From: Lama glama
Taxonomy: Eukaryota
Length of the DNA stretch: 64,000 bases
Assembly (NCBI GenBank): GCA_028534125.1
Contig: CM052816.1
Location: forward strand, 86,988,001-87,052,000
Reading direction: 5' to 3'
This document shows positions 23,698-36,855 of the stretch, one piece after another. Every line of letters starts with the position of its first letter. Within the stretch, counting starts at the first letter, position 1. A program made the position numbers and the translations under genes. A model generated the notes under the pieces. The model saw only the letters and a program-made list of their open reading frames with translations. It searched no databases and was not told the DNA's origin.

Positions 23698-26600
23698 TAT
23701 AATTGCACATAAAAATTTAAAAGTATAAAGTAAAATAATGGAATTTGTTTATGGATGATAGTTCCTTCACTTAGCTATTCTTATTTTTCCCTAAAATTAA
23801 ACTAATTATATGAATGATAGAAATGAAAAAAATTATTTTGTTATTGCAATCAAACATAAATATACTTTGCAATATTATTATCATTCCAATGAGATTTTCT
23901 CTTCATGCCTTCTTCACTTTTGAAAGTCTCTGCTCTTGAACACAGACATATAAACAATAGAAAATAAATTGCAATATATAAATATGAAGCCAACTAATAT
24001 AACTGCCTTACCCTTCAAAATAAAGAAGTACTAAGGCCCTTTGGATGAAATATAAATGACATGAATCCTAGAAATTGATGTTATATATTTATATACATTG
24101 AATTTATATATTTAGAAGTTATTAAGCATTATTATGTTACTGAAAATTATTACCTATGAACTTGACAGAAAAAATAGTACTTTATCAGTAAACAAGAATG
24201 CCTTTTCATGCTTGCTATGTAACAGTGTGATAGTCTTAGACTAGCAGAAAAGGATAACAAATGGTAGAGATACGTATTAAATAATAATATTTTATTTGAT
24301 AAATTGTCAGCTAGTACTCTATGTCTACTCTAACTTATAATTTTTTTCTATAATTTTTGTTTGATGATATGAAAAAATATGCAGGAATATTCACATTAAA
24401 ATGTTCTTGTATTGATACTATAAATTTATTCATAAAAGATTTTTTGAAAACAATTGTGATACCATATTCTTCAACGTGACACTGTTTTATTCTATTAGAC
24501 AGCATCCACATTCTGAATAAGTTTATTTTCTCCATGAAGCACTTTATGTTGTCTTTCTTGATTTCCATCTTACAATGACTTGCTCCATACCCTGGAATTT
24601 GCTGTTGCCTCTTTAGTTGTTTTTTTGCCCAGCACTTGTAACCAGTGTTATCACTTCCCCAAACGCTTTGTGCCCTATCACAGAAGTGTCAATGACTAGT
24701 AATTCTCTTGTTACCTCTGGGAAAGGGCACGTTTTATTCCAGCATAACCTTATACATATTAAAGTCTTTGGTCATGATAATTACTTTTAAGAGTACGTAT
24801 TTATAGAATTAGAGCTTCAGATTCAAAATATGAATCCCATCCCATTGTTTTTGTCATCTTTCAACAAAATAAGACATCAGCTAAATTTCTGGAAAAAGTA
24901 TTTGTTCTATTAAATTGCATTTGTAATTTCAAGTGATGAAATTTGTTATTGTAATTAAACACTGGTCAATGCAAACTTGAAAGTAGTATGCCTACTCACA
25001 GTCTGCCTGAATTAGAATGGCTATAAGCATTCTCCGTTACATGTGAACTTTTAAAAATCAATTTGAAACAAGAGGAGAGAGAAAATATGTGATAAATAAG
25101 GATTCTCTACATTACCATGTAGCTAAATGAAGATATTGCATACTTGATTGCTATCACTATAAATATGAAAATGCCATTTTGAAGGGGTATAACCTGCTAC
25201 TTTAAGAGAAAGTGATACACCACCAGATAGGCTGAGTTAATATGAACATTAGATAAGTATGAATGGCTTTGCTATTGGAGATACAAGAGAATATTGGGGA
25301 AAGTGAGCTGCACTGAGAAAATGGGGGTACTCTGATTAACAAAACTAAAAATATTAGGTCTATTTATATGCAGTGACAGTAACTTAGGGTCATCATCAAA
25401 TAAATTTTAATGGAAAATTATTTGCTTTATATATTTGCTACAGACTACTTTTTAAGAAGAGATGAAAGTCATGTTCCCTGAGTAGATAGAGGCTGACAGT
25501 AAGTCCCCTGTAACCTTCATGTTGAATGAGGCAGAATCTCAGCAGTACACCACTGAAATGATTCACTCAGGAGATGCATTCTGTTTATCACTGTTATTTC
25601 TCTAAAATGACTTAATTTATTCACTGGAGAGAAAATCCTGAATCAATTTAAAATTGTCTTGTTATAGAAGAGTACTTTCTGTATGAGCAGCAGGTCTAGA
25701 AGAAAAAGTAAAATACTTACAATACTTTACAAGAAAAAAAGATGCAACATGTAACTCTTTATGTTGCATTCATGGTCATGAAAAGTTACTCTTTCAATTT
25801 AATTGTGATAATCAGAGAAAGTATTTACATATGGTAGAACTAATACATTTAGAATTCTTGGTGATTTGATGACATGATCCTAAATATCCAGCTGGTTCTC
25901 TCCTGGGCACCCACTGATAGGTTTTTAAAGAGATAAAATTGAATTTTATATCAGTTTTAGAAATGTAGACCGATATTTTATATTAAATATTAGTTTGGTA
26001 TTTTGTGATATTTGTGTTATATATTCTATAATAATTTATTGGGACCATATTATAAGAAATCAACAATTTTCACTTTGAACCTGCTTTTCTAAATGTAACT
26101 GAACAGAGGACAATTACAGGTTAAATTTTTGGTGACCCTTGGAAGAATTTGAGAGGCTGTTACTTAAAATTCCTTTTCACCTTTAAATACATGAAATTTA
26201 GAACTCTAGATTTCTGAACCTATAGGAGATGAGAAGGTTTGGAGTAGCTGAAAATCTGTGTAGCCAATATTATTAGCTAAGGGGAATGAACACAAACTTA
26301 ACTAGTTCCTTTGCTGAATTACAATAAATAAATTATATATATGTGTGTGTATATATATATATAGTCAGTGTTAAACAATAATTTAAAGTTATTCTTGAGC
26401 AGCACGTGTTCATAACTGAATTTATTTTCTGAAATTAAAAAGTAGTTACTGCCATGGTTATTTCAAGCTTTGAAATTTTACAACTTAATGTATCCCATAA
26501 CCTGTAAAATTTAAAATTAAGAGCAGGATTACTCAAAAAGGGCAAATGATACATTTAAAAATAAGATGGATTTAAAGAACAATTCGCATGAACCAATAAA

Positions 26601-27544
26601 TTCTCCAATTTTCATGAATTTTGTTTCAACACTTTGAACAGTATTTAAAACTGTACTAAAACTGTATGATATAATAAAATTATGACCCGTAAGATGTTTA
26701 TGCTCAGCCTTTAATTATTTAAAGCACACACCAAGAGACCAAATATCCAAATAATTTTCATATATGTACCTATAAACTGTGAGTAATCCATGAAGTGTAT
26801 TGTAACAGTTACACTGGGGCAAGGCATAGTGACCATGGTATAAAGTAGCATAACTTTTAGAACACAGTGATCCATGGTGCTGAAAGCAAACGACATGTAT
26901 AGCAGAGTTTAGCCAGCCTAGTAACCCACATTGCATTTTGCAAATGCTATCTATAGCACCATCTCTATGTAATGCAATGCTGTATGTTTAGTATTCTAAA
27001 GATAAAAGTTCTGTTTGCAAAGTAAGTAATAACCCCAAATTATATTTATGATACTTGAGATACAGTCTGAATTTTAAAATGAGTTATGATGTGTAACATT
27101 TAAATTCATCTTACTTTCTTGTAAATAGATAGATAAATAAATGTTCTGAGCATATATTTCCTCTTCATTAATTAAACACCAGTATTGAGTATTTTGTTGT
27201 CGTCGTCTTCCAAGTTTGTAAGCTGTAATAAATTCTGTCTTCTATTTACTTGCCACTTGTTCAGAGATACCCAAAATGTAGGACTTAGTAACGTGCAAAT
27301 TAAGAAGACACTCTAAAGCATTTTTTTGGAGAAAATACTTATTTTTGTCTCTTCTATCTTTAGATTTTACAGGAGTTTACATACCTAAAAGAACAGATTA
27401 TTGTCTCATGAGGGAAAAATAATAGGCTTTCGCTTTTGTCCTCCAAATGTACACCCTCCTAACGTTCACCATCCTAACGTTCACCCAACATGTATTCTTT
27501 GAACGGGTGGGGGCGGGGGATTTGTACTACCTGACGTCTCTGCA

Positions 27545-27875
27545 TGAAAAGTTCTTTCCCAAATCTTCACAAGAGTGGCTGTTTCTCAGCACCTGACCTC
27601 AGCTTATGTGATCACAAGGCCTCTCCTAACCCCCGTTATAAAGGAGGCCCCTCACCCTAGGCCCCCATTATGTTCTTTCACATAGTGTAATCGACTTTTC
27701 CTCATAGCATTTGTCACTATGTGGAATAATTGATTTACTGGTTAGTTCTGCCTCCCTCAGAATAGAAGGATAATGAACAAGTGAATTGTGCACTGTTGTG
27801 TCCCCACACCAGCAACAGTCCCCGGCCTAGAGAAACCACTCAGTAAATATTTTGACCAAGTGGGTGAAAGTGAAT
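27545..27875 (+). mobile_element. L2 3' fragment
   Basis: ttttcctcatagcatttgtcacta...cactgttgtgtcccca...cactcagtaaatatttt...gtgaat. Confidence 0.65.
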
Positions 27876-28754
27876 AAGAGAGAGGAGAATTAGCGTGGGA
27901 ATTAGTTCTGTGTACATATTAACTCCATGAATGAGAAGCAGAGGAAAATAATTTAGTCTGGCTTGATTTCTCTTTGCTCATTTTTTAAATGAGGATGGTT
28001 TTAGATTAAGTAAACTTTTGAAAAGCCCTTCTCTAAAATTGTCAGTCAACAAGCCATGCATGTGTATTCCTCTAAAAGTTTAATACTAGACAGACAATTT
28101 TTGATGGGCAATAATGCTGTTACTCAAAGTAGAGGCATATGTCATTGCTTCTGCAGAAGGTAGTTGGATGACATAAAAGGAGTATAAACTATTTTTATAA
28201 AAAAGGAAAATTATTATGTCTTGTATCTAAGGCAGATATTCAGTTCTCATTCTGATAAATGTTTAAATAAAAATTTTCTAGTTGAGTCATGTTTCATAGA
28301 TAATTGTTTTAATTGATAGTCATTAAATAATCCATAGTGTCCCTTTACAGATGTAAAGTTTTAATTTAAATAAATGAATATGTTGAATAGGTCTGTTGAA
28401 ATCATCCTGCAGTTGTATTAACTGTCTCTACCTCTTTCACCTTTCATTCATCAAATCCTCAATCATTTTTGGTAGAATTACAGAAATAATTTATATTTTA
28501 AGACGTCTTTTAAACAATCATAGATATGATTTTAAACAGAAAGAGTAAAATATTATTTGAAAATGTAGAAGAGATGAAAGGTGTTCTCCAGTGTTTTCTT
28601 CTGTAAAAACTTGATTATAAATGATGAGTTCGTACCCTCACGGACATTCCAAGTTTACAGTTTCTGACATTCATAATCTGTGGTTCAAAGTGTTACTCTC
28701 TCCATCAAAAGAACAAGTTGGAATATAACTGAATGAGACTGGAGGCTACGTACA

Positions 28755-29258
28755 CCCATGTGATCTAGCCTCCCTTGCCTGTCTTTGTCTCTTCCTGTAT
28801 CACCTCTCATTTTGGGTCTTCTTTCAATTTCTCAAATGAAGCCTATTTTATTTTTTCTAGGCACAGACAATTATACATGCTGTACTCTCTGTGTGGAAGG
28901 TTTTGTGCCTCCTTCTCCCCTCCCGACAAGACATTTACACCCAGTGGGCTGTTGTCCTCTTCCAACTACTGGTTCAGATGTCACTTCCTTTGGAAAGTCT
29001 TCCTGAACTCTTCACCCCTGCACAGCAACTCAGGTTCTTTCAGCCATGGACTTCGGGGGAGTGTATGCTCTTCCTTTGTAGCCTTCACACCAACTTCTTA
29101 AGGTGATGATTCATTTACTGTTGGTTTCCCTGAGTATAGTACAAGCAGTATAAATAGAAGAGAACCTGTGACTCAGTTGTTCACTTAGTCGTCAAATGGA
29201 CACGTGTGGTTGGTACATAGTAGGCATGTGATAAATATTTGGGAAATATTTGATTAAG
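28755..29258 (+). mobile_element. L2 3' fragment
   Basis: tgatctagcctccc...ttcagatgtcacttcctttggaaagtcttcctga...tggtacatagtaggcatgtgataaatattt. Confidence 0.65.
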
Positions 29259-32102
29259 TCACTAAGCTAAATACATAAATGACTTCAGTCTCCCTCTACA
29301 TGCAACTATTAATTAAGCATTATATATCAACATTTGAAACAAACTCTGTTTATACACTTCTCCTTTCTAAAAATCTGTTTTTGCAGAAATACTGTCTACG
29401 TGATTAGCCAGAATGGAAACACAAATTGTACTTGCTTGTATTTTCTCCCTTAATTTCCACACCTATCTGGTATCCAGATCCTGCTGATTCCTCTACCTCA
29501 TGTCATCTGATATTGCTACCCAACTTCACCCTTACTTGCACATACTTTAGTGCCTTCATTCATACCTTGGTTAGGGCAGTAATAATTTATTTCCTCAAGT
29601 TATTCAACATGCTCCACAATATGGCATTTGCAAAGTAAGTCTTTTGATATTTAGGTCTGGGAGCAATATTTTTTTTTTCTCTGCTCCAAAATTAAATTCC
29701 AGCTTTGGCTGAGAGGAGACGTTTAGATGATGATGACTTGAAGAATGTTTAATATACTCTTTGGTCATCTGAGGACACTGTTAGGAAAGAGATGAAAAGA
29801 ATGGCCTTGAATCTCTCTTCCCTGACTTGCCCAAACCTCCTCTCTGAGTGGATTGTGCTGAGGGCATTCAGCTGCCTTTAGTTTGCAAGAGGAATAGTCC
29901 TAGGACACACAGAAAGTGAAGGTGTGGAAAACCAGATGTTTTAGTCAGTTCATTGAGTACTTCCATAGTGGGTTACAGGAGAACTGCGCTAGCAGAAGCT
30001 TACTTTTGTGTAAAACTAAGTTCCATAAAAGCAATATGCAAAGGCAATTTGCTGCATCATTATTGCACAGATTCCTCACAAATGTACTGAAATTTGAGTT
30101 AAAAATCTTTGAATCTTTAGAACTTGAACCTCACATATAAAGCAGTAGTGATTATAAACATAAGAGCATGTTTACTATTCATTTGAAAGAATAAAGTCAA
30201 TAAACTAAAAGATTTAATTACCATTTATTTGCTCTATGAAATATTATGTGAAAAGGGAAAATTGTGCCTCTTTCAGTTTTTGTTTCCCCAACAGTCTTTA
30301 AAGTAACACCGTATATACAGGTTCTCACTAAATTGGCATACAGTTTGTATTTAACGTAAGATTGAATTTGAATCCACTTGACCCTAAAACTTTTTTAAAA
30401 AAGTCTTGGAAAATGTATGGATTATGATTTGCTTCAGGTATCAATCACCTTACAATTGACAACTAAGACTTTAAAGTATGATCTCTAATTATAGATAATG
30501 TATGATTCCCCTATTGACATGCCCAAAGATAAAAATAATTTTTCCACACATACTTGAAGCAAAATAAAAGCATTTCTTTTATATTTGCCTATTTGTAGGT
30601 ATTTTATTTGTAATGCTCAGTTGTTTGGACTAATTAACATGATGAATAATCCCTTACTCAGAATCTCCCCAAATAAACTGGTACATCTCCCGGTGGAGAC
30701 TGGTGTCTTATCTGACAGCTGGATCATGATCTAAGTTAGAGCACAGATCTTTGGCCCTTCTCTACCACACTTTTTTTTTTTTCCCCTCATGAAAACTTAT
30801 TTATTTATAAAATATTACTCACCTGCATCACTACAGCAGTATACCTTTCTGGCCGAAAAAAATCAAATGTAGAAGAAAATCAGTTCTTGAAGCTAAGGAT
30901 ACGGGTGCTGGCTCTCACATCCTCATAGCCTGTTTAAGGTTTGCAGCTAAAGAATGATATGAATGATCAAACTCCAGTAATCCTAAAGCTTCTCAAAGTT
31001 AGAGAAGCATTCCTTAATTTCTCTAAGACCATGCCATAAATACTTTGAGTAAGTGCATTATTTTTTTTAAAAGTTTGATTAAAGACTGAATGAGATTCTG
31101 TATTGAGTTTAATAAAATAGAGATATTTTAATAGTAATAACTTTATAATTTGTAGAATAATACTTTTATGTGAAGATATCTACTCAAAAATGCATATATC
31201 TTTGCAGAATTTCTTTTCCCAGATTTATTTTTTTATTCAGTTCAAATTTCAGTAGTCAAGCAGAGTGTTTATTATGTTTCTTGTGTCGCCTTGTAGCTTT
31301 TAATTAATGATTTATGGGTGGCCCATGGAAAGTAGAAAATCAAACATTAAAATTAAGGACCATTACTTTCCATTGAATTTTGTCAGGAGCATGATGTGTC
31401 AGTGAGAACGATTTCTGATTCTTGTCAGTTGAAACTTGGAAAGCTGAGCTGTAAACTGGGAGGGGGGGGAGCATCTCTTGAATAAAAATCAAATATAACA
31501 ATTCTTGTTTTATTTAGATTAATGGAGAATGACAACAAATAGCACATATAGGTAATCACTGAACTCAGCCTCCCAACACGTTTCATTATATTGAATAACT
31601 AGTTTGAAGGTGGCTTCTTTACTTTTTTTTAAAACCAACTCTGTAATAAGAGATAGAAAAAAGATTAACAAATATTTATAGAAAAGTTGTCAGTAGGCAA
31701 GAAGAAACCATAAATTAATTATAATAAAGACCTGTTGCAGAAGACCTTCTTTCTCCTCATTTATTCATCATTGTGCCCTAAACATCTAGAGCAACACTTG
31801 GCTCAGAGTAGATCACAATAAATGCTTATCATTCCTGTTTAACCACCTGTTTATTACAGGTGTCTTTCTGAAATATAAAATGTGCTTTCCTGAATGCAAA
31901 CATAATTTATATTACAACATGAAAAGGAGAACATACAAGAACCTTCTATATTTCCTCTCTTTTTCTTCCCACTCACTCTCATGTGTTTGATACTTATTAT
32001 TTCCTTTATTTTCCTTATATATTACAAGCACCTACCTTTTAAAAATAAAGTAGTCCACTATCTGTAAACATGTACTAGTCGAAACCTGATCATTATTTGT
32101 TT

Positions 32103-32237
32103 GTTTGTTTGTTTGTTTTTTGAGGGAGTGATAATTAGGTTTATTTATTTGTTTTTAGAAGAGGTGCTGGGGACTGACCCCGGGACCTCCTGCATGCTAA
32201 GCATGCGCTCTATCACTTGAGCTATACCCTCCCCCCC
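32103..32237 (-). mobile_element. tRNA-Ala-derived SINE (camelid Vic-1 family)
   Basis: Reverse complement GGGGGGGAGGGTATAGCTCAAGTGATAGAGCGCATGCTTAGCATGCAGGAGGTCCCGGGGTCAGTCCCCAGCACCTC followed by AAATAAACCTAATTA and an (AAAC)n tail; flanking direct repeat TATTTGTTT at 32094-32102 and 32239-32247. Confidence 0.9.
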
Positions 32238-32287
32238 ATATTTGTTTACTAATATTATTTTGTGAGTTTTTCTCATTAGTAAAAGAG

Positions 32288-32422
32288 GTTCAGGATAATT
32301 TCCCGATGTCAAGATTCTTACTTAGTCTTCTCTGTAAAGACCTTTTTCCTTATAAGGTAACATTTACAGGTTCCAGTGGTTAAGACCTGGTATCTTCAGT
32401 GGCTGCTAGTAAACCTGCTACA
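32288..32422 (-). mobile_element. MaLR LTR (MLT1) fragment
   Basis: caggataatttccc...tcaagattctta...ctgtaaagacctttttccttataaggtaacatttacaggttccag. Confidence 0.7.
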
Positions 32423-32424
32423 TA

Positions 32425-32825
32425 AAGTCAAGTCATGAGTAAAACATAGACAAGTCTCAGTTCGGGAACAGTTTACCAGTAACCTACTAGTCATTCAGGT
32501 TATCAAAAACAGGAAAAGTCTGAGAAATTGTCACACCCAAGAGGAGACTAAACACACACGACTAATATCGTGTGGTATCCTGGATGGGGTCCTAGAGTAA
32601 CAACAATAACAACAACAAAAAAGAGGGAAAAACTGAGAAATTTGAATAAAGTATAGACTTTAGTTAATAAAAATGTAACAATATTGTTTCATTAATTATA
32701 GAAATGTACCATAATTTAAATGACTCTAATAGGGGAAACAGTGTTGGTTACACAGGAGTTATCTGTACTAACCTCACAGTAATTCTGTAAATCTAAAACT
32801 GTGCTAAAAAGTTATATTAAAATAG
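32425..32825 (+). mobile_element. Old L1 (L1MD/L1MC3-like) extreme 3' end
   Basis: atcaaaaacaggaaaagtctgagaaattgtcaca...gtggtatcctggatggg...ttctgtaaatctaaaactg. Confidence 0.8.
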
Positions 32826-33625
32826 CGATTAAAAAAAGGATCCTCATGAATAAGTATCTTGGCATTTCTTACAGAACTGCTGCTAAACAGTGTGGAGCAC
32901 TAGCATGTTTTAGATGCCCTGCTTCGCTCTTGCCTTCTGCCCCCTGCTCTCAGGTGTGAGAACGAGAATCGTGACTGTTACAGTCTCACTTTCCATTGCC
33001 TCATGTAACCTTGTGGGTGGAGGTGAAACATATGATTAATGACATAGAAAAGAAAAGAAAGTATCAAAGGGGATAAATTTTCTCAAATTGAATTACTAGC
33101 CAATGAAGAATGGAGAAATGAGTACATTTTTCTTTCGCCATCAAAATAGGTTGCAATATCATTGTAATATAGGAGTTATAAATACAATACATAGAATAAA
33201 ATAAACACATTAAAATGTAAAACTCTTGGTTGCAAAATACCGATGATGTATTGCACATATATACATAAGCTAGGAATGGGTACTGTATTTTTCTTAATGT
33301 TATTATAGAAGTAGACTTTCTAAGTAGAATTTTGTCAAGATTTATGAAAGGATTGAATTATTTTTCCCACTCCTGCAAACTAACAAGTTAGCTTTCTACA
33401 CGATAGTGTATGCTGATGGAAGACATGGGACTCCTAGGTCAGAAACAGGTGATTTTATCATTCACTGCAGTAGCTGAATACACAGTATCAACATTCTCAC
33501 TAGCTCCTCAAGTTCCATTTCCCTGAGGGAGACAGGAAAAGCATCAAATGATATCTGTGCACACAGTGAAGAGAATTTCAGGAGTGAAATCCCAAGTTCA
33601 GGAAACATGAAATTTTATAATGTGC

Positions 33626-33704
33626 TGTGTGTCTTCAGGAGCCTCTGGAGAAAGAGAACCAATAGGAGAATATACACACACACATATGCATTATATATAT
33701 ATAT

Positions 33705-33748
<44 letters not shown>

Positions 33749-34197
33749 ATATATATAGAGAGAGAGATTTATGATTTATTGTTGAGAATCAGCTCACATG
33801 ATTGTGGAGGCTGACAGATCCCAGGATGTGCAGGCGAGTCCGCAGGCCGGGGAACCCAGAGAGCCGATGGTGCAGTTGCAGGCAGAGAGCCAGCAGGATC
33901 AAGACCCAAGAGAGCCAGTGTTTCAGTTCAAGTCTAAAGGCAGGAAAACACCAGTGTCCCAGTTTGAAGGCTTTCAGGCAAGAGGAGTTCTCTCTTATTT
34001 GCAGAAGAGTTAGGCTTTTTGTTCTAATCAGGCCTTCATTGATTGGATGAGGGTAGTCGACATCAGGGAGGGCAGTGTGCTGATTAAAATGTTCTTCTCT
34101 TTCACAAACATCCTCACAGACACATCTAGAATAATTCTGATCCAGTATCTTGCACCCAGCGGTCCAGTCAAGTTGACACATAAAATTAACCATCACA
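33626..34197 (-). mobile_element. MLT2 (ERVL) LTR
   Basis: gagaaagagaaccaatagga...gctcacatgattgtggaggctgaca...cagtcaagttgacacataaaattaaccatcaca. Confidence 0.9.
33707..33746. repeat. (AC)20 microsatellite
   Basis: Direct count within the MLT2 element. Confidence 0.95.
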
Positions 34198-35329
34198 GGC
34201 TATTAGCCTGTCTGAATTTTGCTCCTCAAGAGACATTATCTTTACTTGTTGTGACAGTAGGCAAACCTGTTAACCTGTTGCTTGCTCTGTTGGGAGACAT
34301 TACATCTATCTTTCAAGGCCCTTTACTGTGAACACATCTTTAAAATGATAGTCCAGAACAAAGGCACAAAGGCAGCAGGCACTGACTGCTCACAAGACAT
34401 GCAGAGGCACAAAAGACCGTGGAGAATTGTTTGCCAACAAATTTGAGGACCATTTGTCGCCATACCTAACTTGGAATATTTTTTAATGTGTTTTTATGTC
34501 TTTAATGGGCTGCCTTTAGAGTCTGATGTGATGAGACTTGAAATACAAATTTATATAGCTAGGAATGCTTGTGTAAAGTGCTACCCAAATTACATATGCA
34601 AGTAATAACTAGAGTTGCAGAAGTTTTAAAACTTGCCGGTAATTCTGTGTATAAATGACTATGGCACCATGGCTATGGAGAAGTGATTTGCTAAGTCATT
34701 GCAGAACTTAATTTTGGAACCCAATTTTATGTAAAATGTTTCCATGGTGCACTATAAAAATACTTCATCTTCTTTATTTGTATATGACTTCAAAAGAGTA
34801 TCCAGTTAATGTTACATAACATATAAAAAAGAAATTATGTCATGAAATTCCATGTGGGTGAATATGGCCATTTCTCCAAGTTAACTGAAAAATAAAAACA
34901 GAATAAGGTGATATGCCTCTTTCTGATAATGCCCAAATTTAAAATATCAAAGACTGCATCTTTTAAGGAATACAAGTTTTGTTACCATCTCTCAACACCT
35001 ATCAGAAGGTCTGATAGCATATTCACACTGGAGGAAAATAGTTGTTTGGGTTTATTTGAAAGCTTAATTTAGGGAAAATTTAATATCAGTTCTGATTTTC
35101 AACTTCATTTTTCAACTTCATTTTTAACTTTCATATTTGCAATACTGTATACCTCCCAAACCATGAAGATATTTTATTTCCATATAGATATATTCTCCAA
35201 TATTACTGACAATAAAACTAAATATGCTAACTATAATGAAGCATACTTTTTATTACCTATTCTCAATATTTTTTAAAAAGCACACAATCTAAGATACAAA
35301 GTATGTCAACACTTTGGAAGTGCTCTATG

Positions 35330-35985
35330 TCAACATCTCCAATTTTATTTCTCCCCACACATTGATTAACCACTACCCCTTGCTTTCTTTTTTTAATATA
35401 AATGTTCTATGTTGCATGAAATCATAGCAAAATATGGTTAGGATTTGTATATTTAGAACACTATATGATTAATATAATACTATATGTACACAAAAAATAT
35501 ACAAAGCAAATATAGTGCAACTTACATTCTTATCCCATCATTATGTTTTAGATACATTTTTGTTAGTGGAAAGAGCTGTAGTCTTTTCTTTTTTATTGAA
35601 CATAATAATCTGCTTTAGGAATTCAACTCAACATATGAATCCATTCTTCCATTAATGGGCATTTGATCTAGCTCTATTATGTGTCATAATAAACAGTACC
35701 CCTAAAAACATTTTTGTATGTATATTAAAACACATTAGTAATGATTTCTCTAGAGCTTATACTGAGGGTATACATTACAGGAATTAACGTACATTCATCT
35801 CCAGTTTTACAAGCTAATTTAAAATTGTTCTCCAAGATGGCTATAACAATTTTGTAGCAGGGAATAAGCATTTCCACGTCTCCACATTTTTTCCAATATC
35901 TAGAACTATGTGGTGATTTTTCATCTTTGGCCAGTCCGTTATGTGATCATCTTTTCTTATTTTATTTGTCATTCAATTTTATTCC
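35330..35985 (-). mobile_element. Old L1 (L1ME-like) 3' fragment
   Basis: ccattcttccattaatgggcatttg...atttctctagag...aaattgttctccaagatggctataacaattt...tctccacatttttcc. Confidence 0.6.
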
Positions 35986-35999
35986 TTCAAGAAAAAGTT

Positions 36000-36855
36000 G
36001 TTAGCCTGTTAGAAAGGCCAAAATCCAAAACACTGGAGACACCAAATGATGGAGAAAGTGTGGAACAACAGGAACACTCACTCATCACTGGGGGGAGTGC
36101 AAAATGGTACAGCCATTTCGGAAGATAGTTCGGTGGTTTCTGTTAAAAACTAGAGATATTCTTACCATGTGATCCAAAAATCATGCTTCTTGATATTTAC
36201 CCAAAAGGACGTGAAAACATACATCCACATAAAAACCTACACACAGATGTTTATAGCAGCTTTATTCATAATTGCCGGAACTTGGAACCCACCAAGATAT
36301 CCTTCAGTAGGTGAATGGATAAATAAACTGTGGTACATCCAGACAATGAATAATATCCAGTGCTAAAAAGAAACGAGTTACCAAGCCATAAAATGACATG
36401 GGAGAACCGTAATTACTTAGTGAAAGAAATCAATCTGCAATGCCATATACAGTATGATTCCAATTACATGCATTCTAGAAAATGTAAAGCTATAAAGACA
36501 ATTAACGGATCAGTGGCCATCGGGTAGCAAGAAGGGGGAGAGATAACAGGCAGAGCACAGGGGGTTTTTAAGGTAGTGAAAATATTCTGTGTATTTCAAT
36601 AATAGATGTATGCCATTAATAGAACGTACAATACCAAGAGTGAACTCTAAGACAAATGCGGACTTTGGTGATTATGATGTGTTCATGTAGCTTCATCACT
36701 GGTAAAAGAAAATGTATCCTTCTGGTGAGTGATGTTGATAATGGGGAGGCTCTGCACATGCAGGGCAGAAAGAATATGGAAACTCTCTGTACCTCTCTCT
36801 CAATTTTGTTGTAAACATAAAGCCATTCTTAAACAAATGTGTTAGTTTACAAATA
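36000..36855 (+). mobile_element. Old L1 (L1MC1/2-like) ORF2 end and 3'UTR
   Basis: ORF KTYTQMFIAALFIIAGTWNPPRYPSVGEWINKLWYIQTM is the L1 ORF2 C-terminus, followed by an L1MC 3'UTR ending ctctgtacctctctctcaattttgttgtaaac. Confidence 0.88.

Larger units (their letters stand above)
33333..34439 (-). mobile_element. ERVL solo LTR (LTR52/LTR41-like) with 5-bp TSD AATTT, interrupted by MLT2
   Basis: TG...CA termini (tgtcaaga...gccaaca); AATTT at 33328-33332 and 34440-34444; internal motifs gatagtccagaacaaaggca and ggagaattgt. Confidence 0.85.

Noticed and set aside
29665..29752. Possible terminal coding exon (AG followed by LAERRRLDDDDLKNV*)
   Set aside because: Very short, pyrimidine tract separated from the AG by A-rich bases, no protein recognised and no partner exons
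32160..32237. Functional tRNA-Ala gene
   Set aside because: Mutated T-loop/B-box, SINE linker and A-rich tail, and flanking TSD show it is a SINE
33789..34331. Cluster of overlapping ORFs up to 135 aa
   Set aside because: They lie inside MLT2/ERVL LTR sequence, where higher GC gives chance ORFs
18344..34439. One 16-kb provirus bounded by the two related ERVL LTRs
   Set aside because: The right LTR has its own TSD on both sides, and the intervening DNA is ordinary genomic sequence containing older L2 repeats
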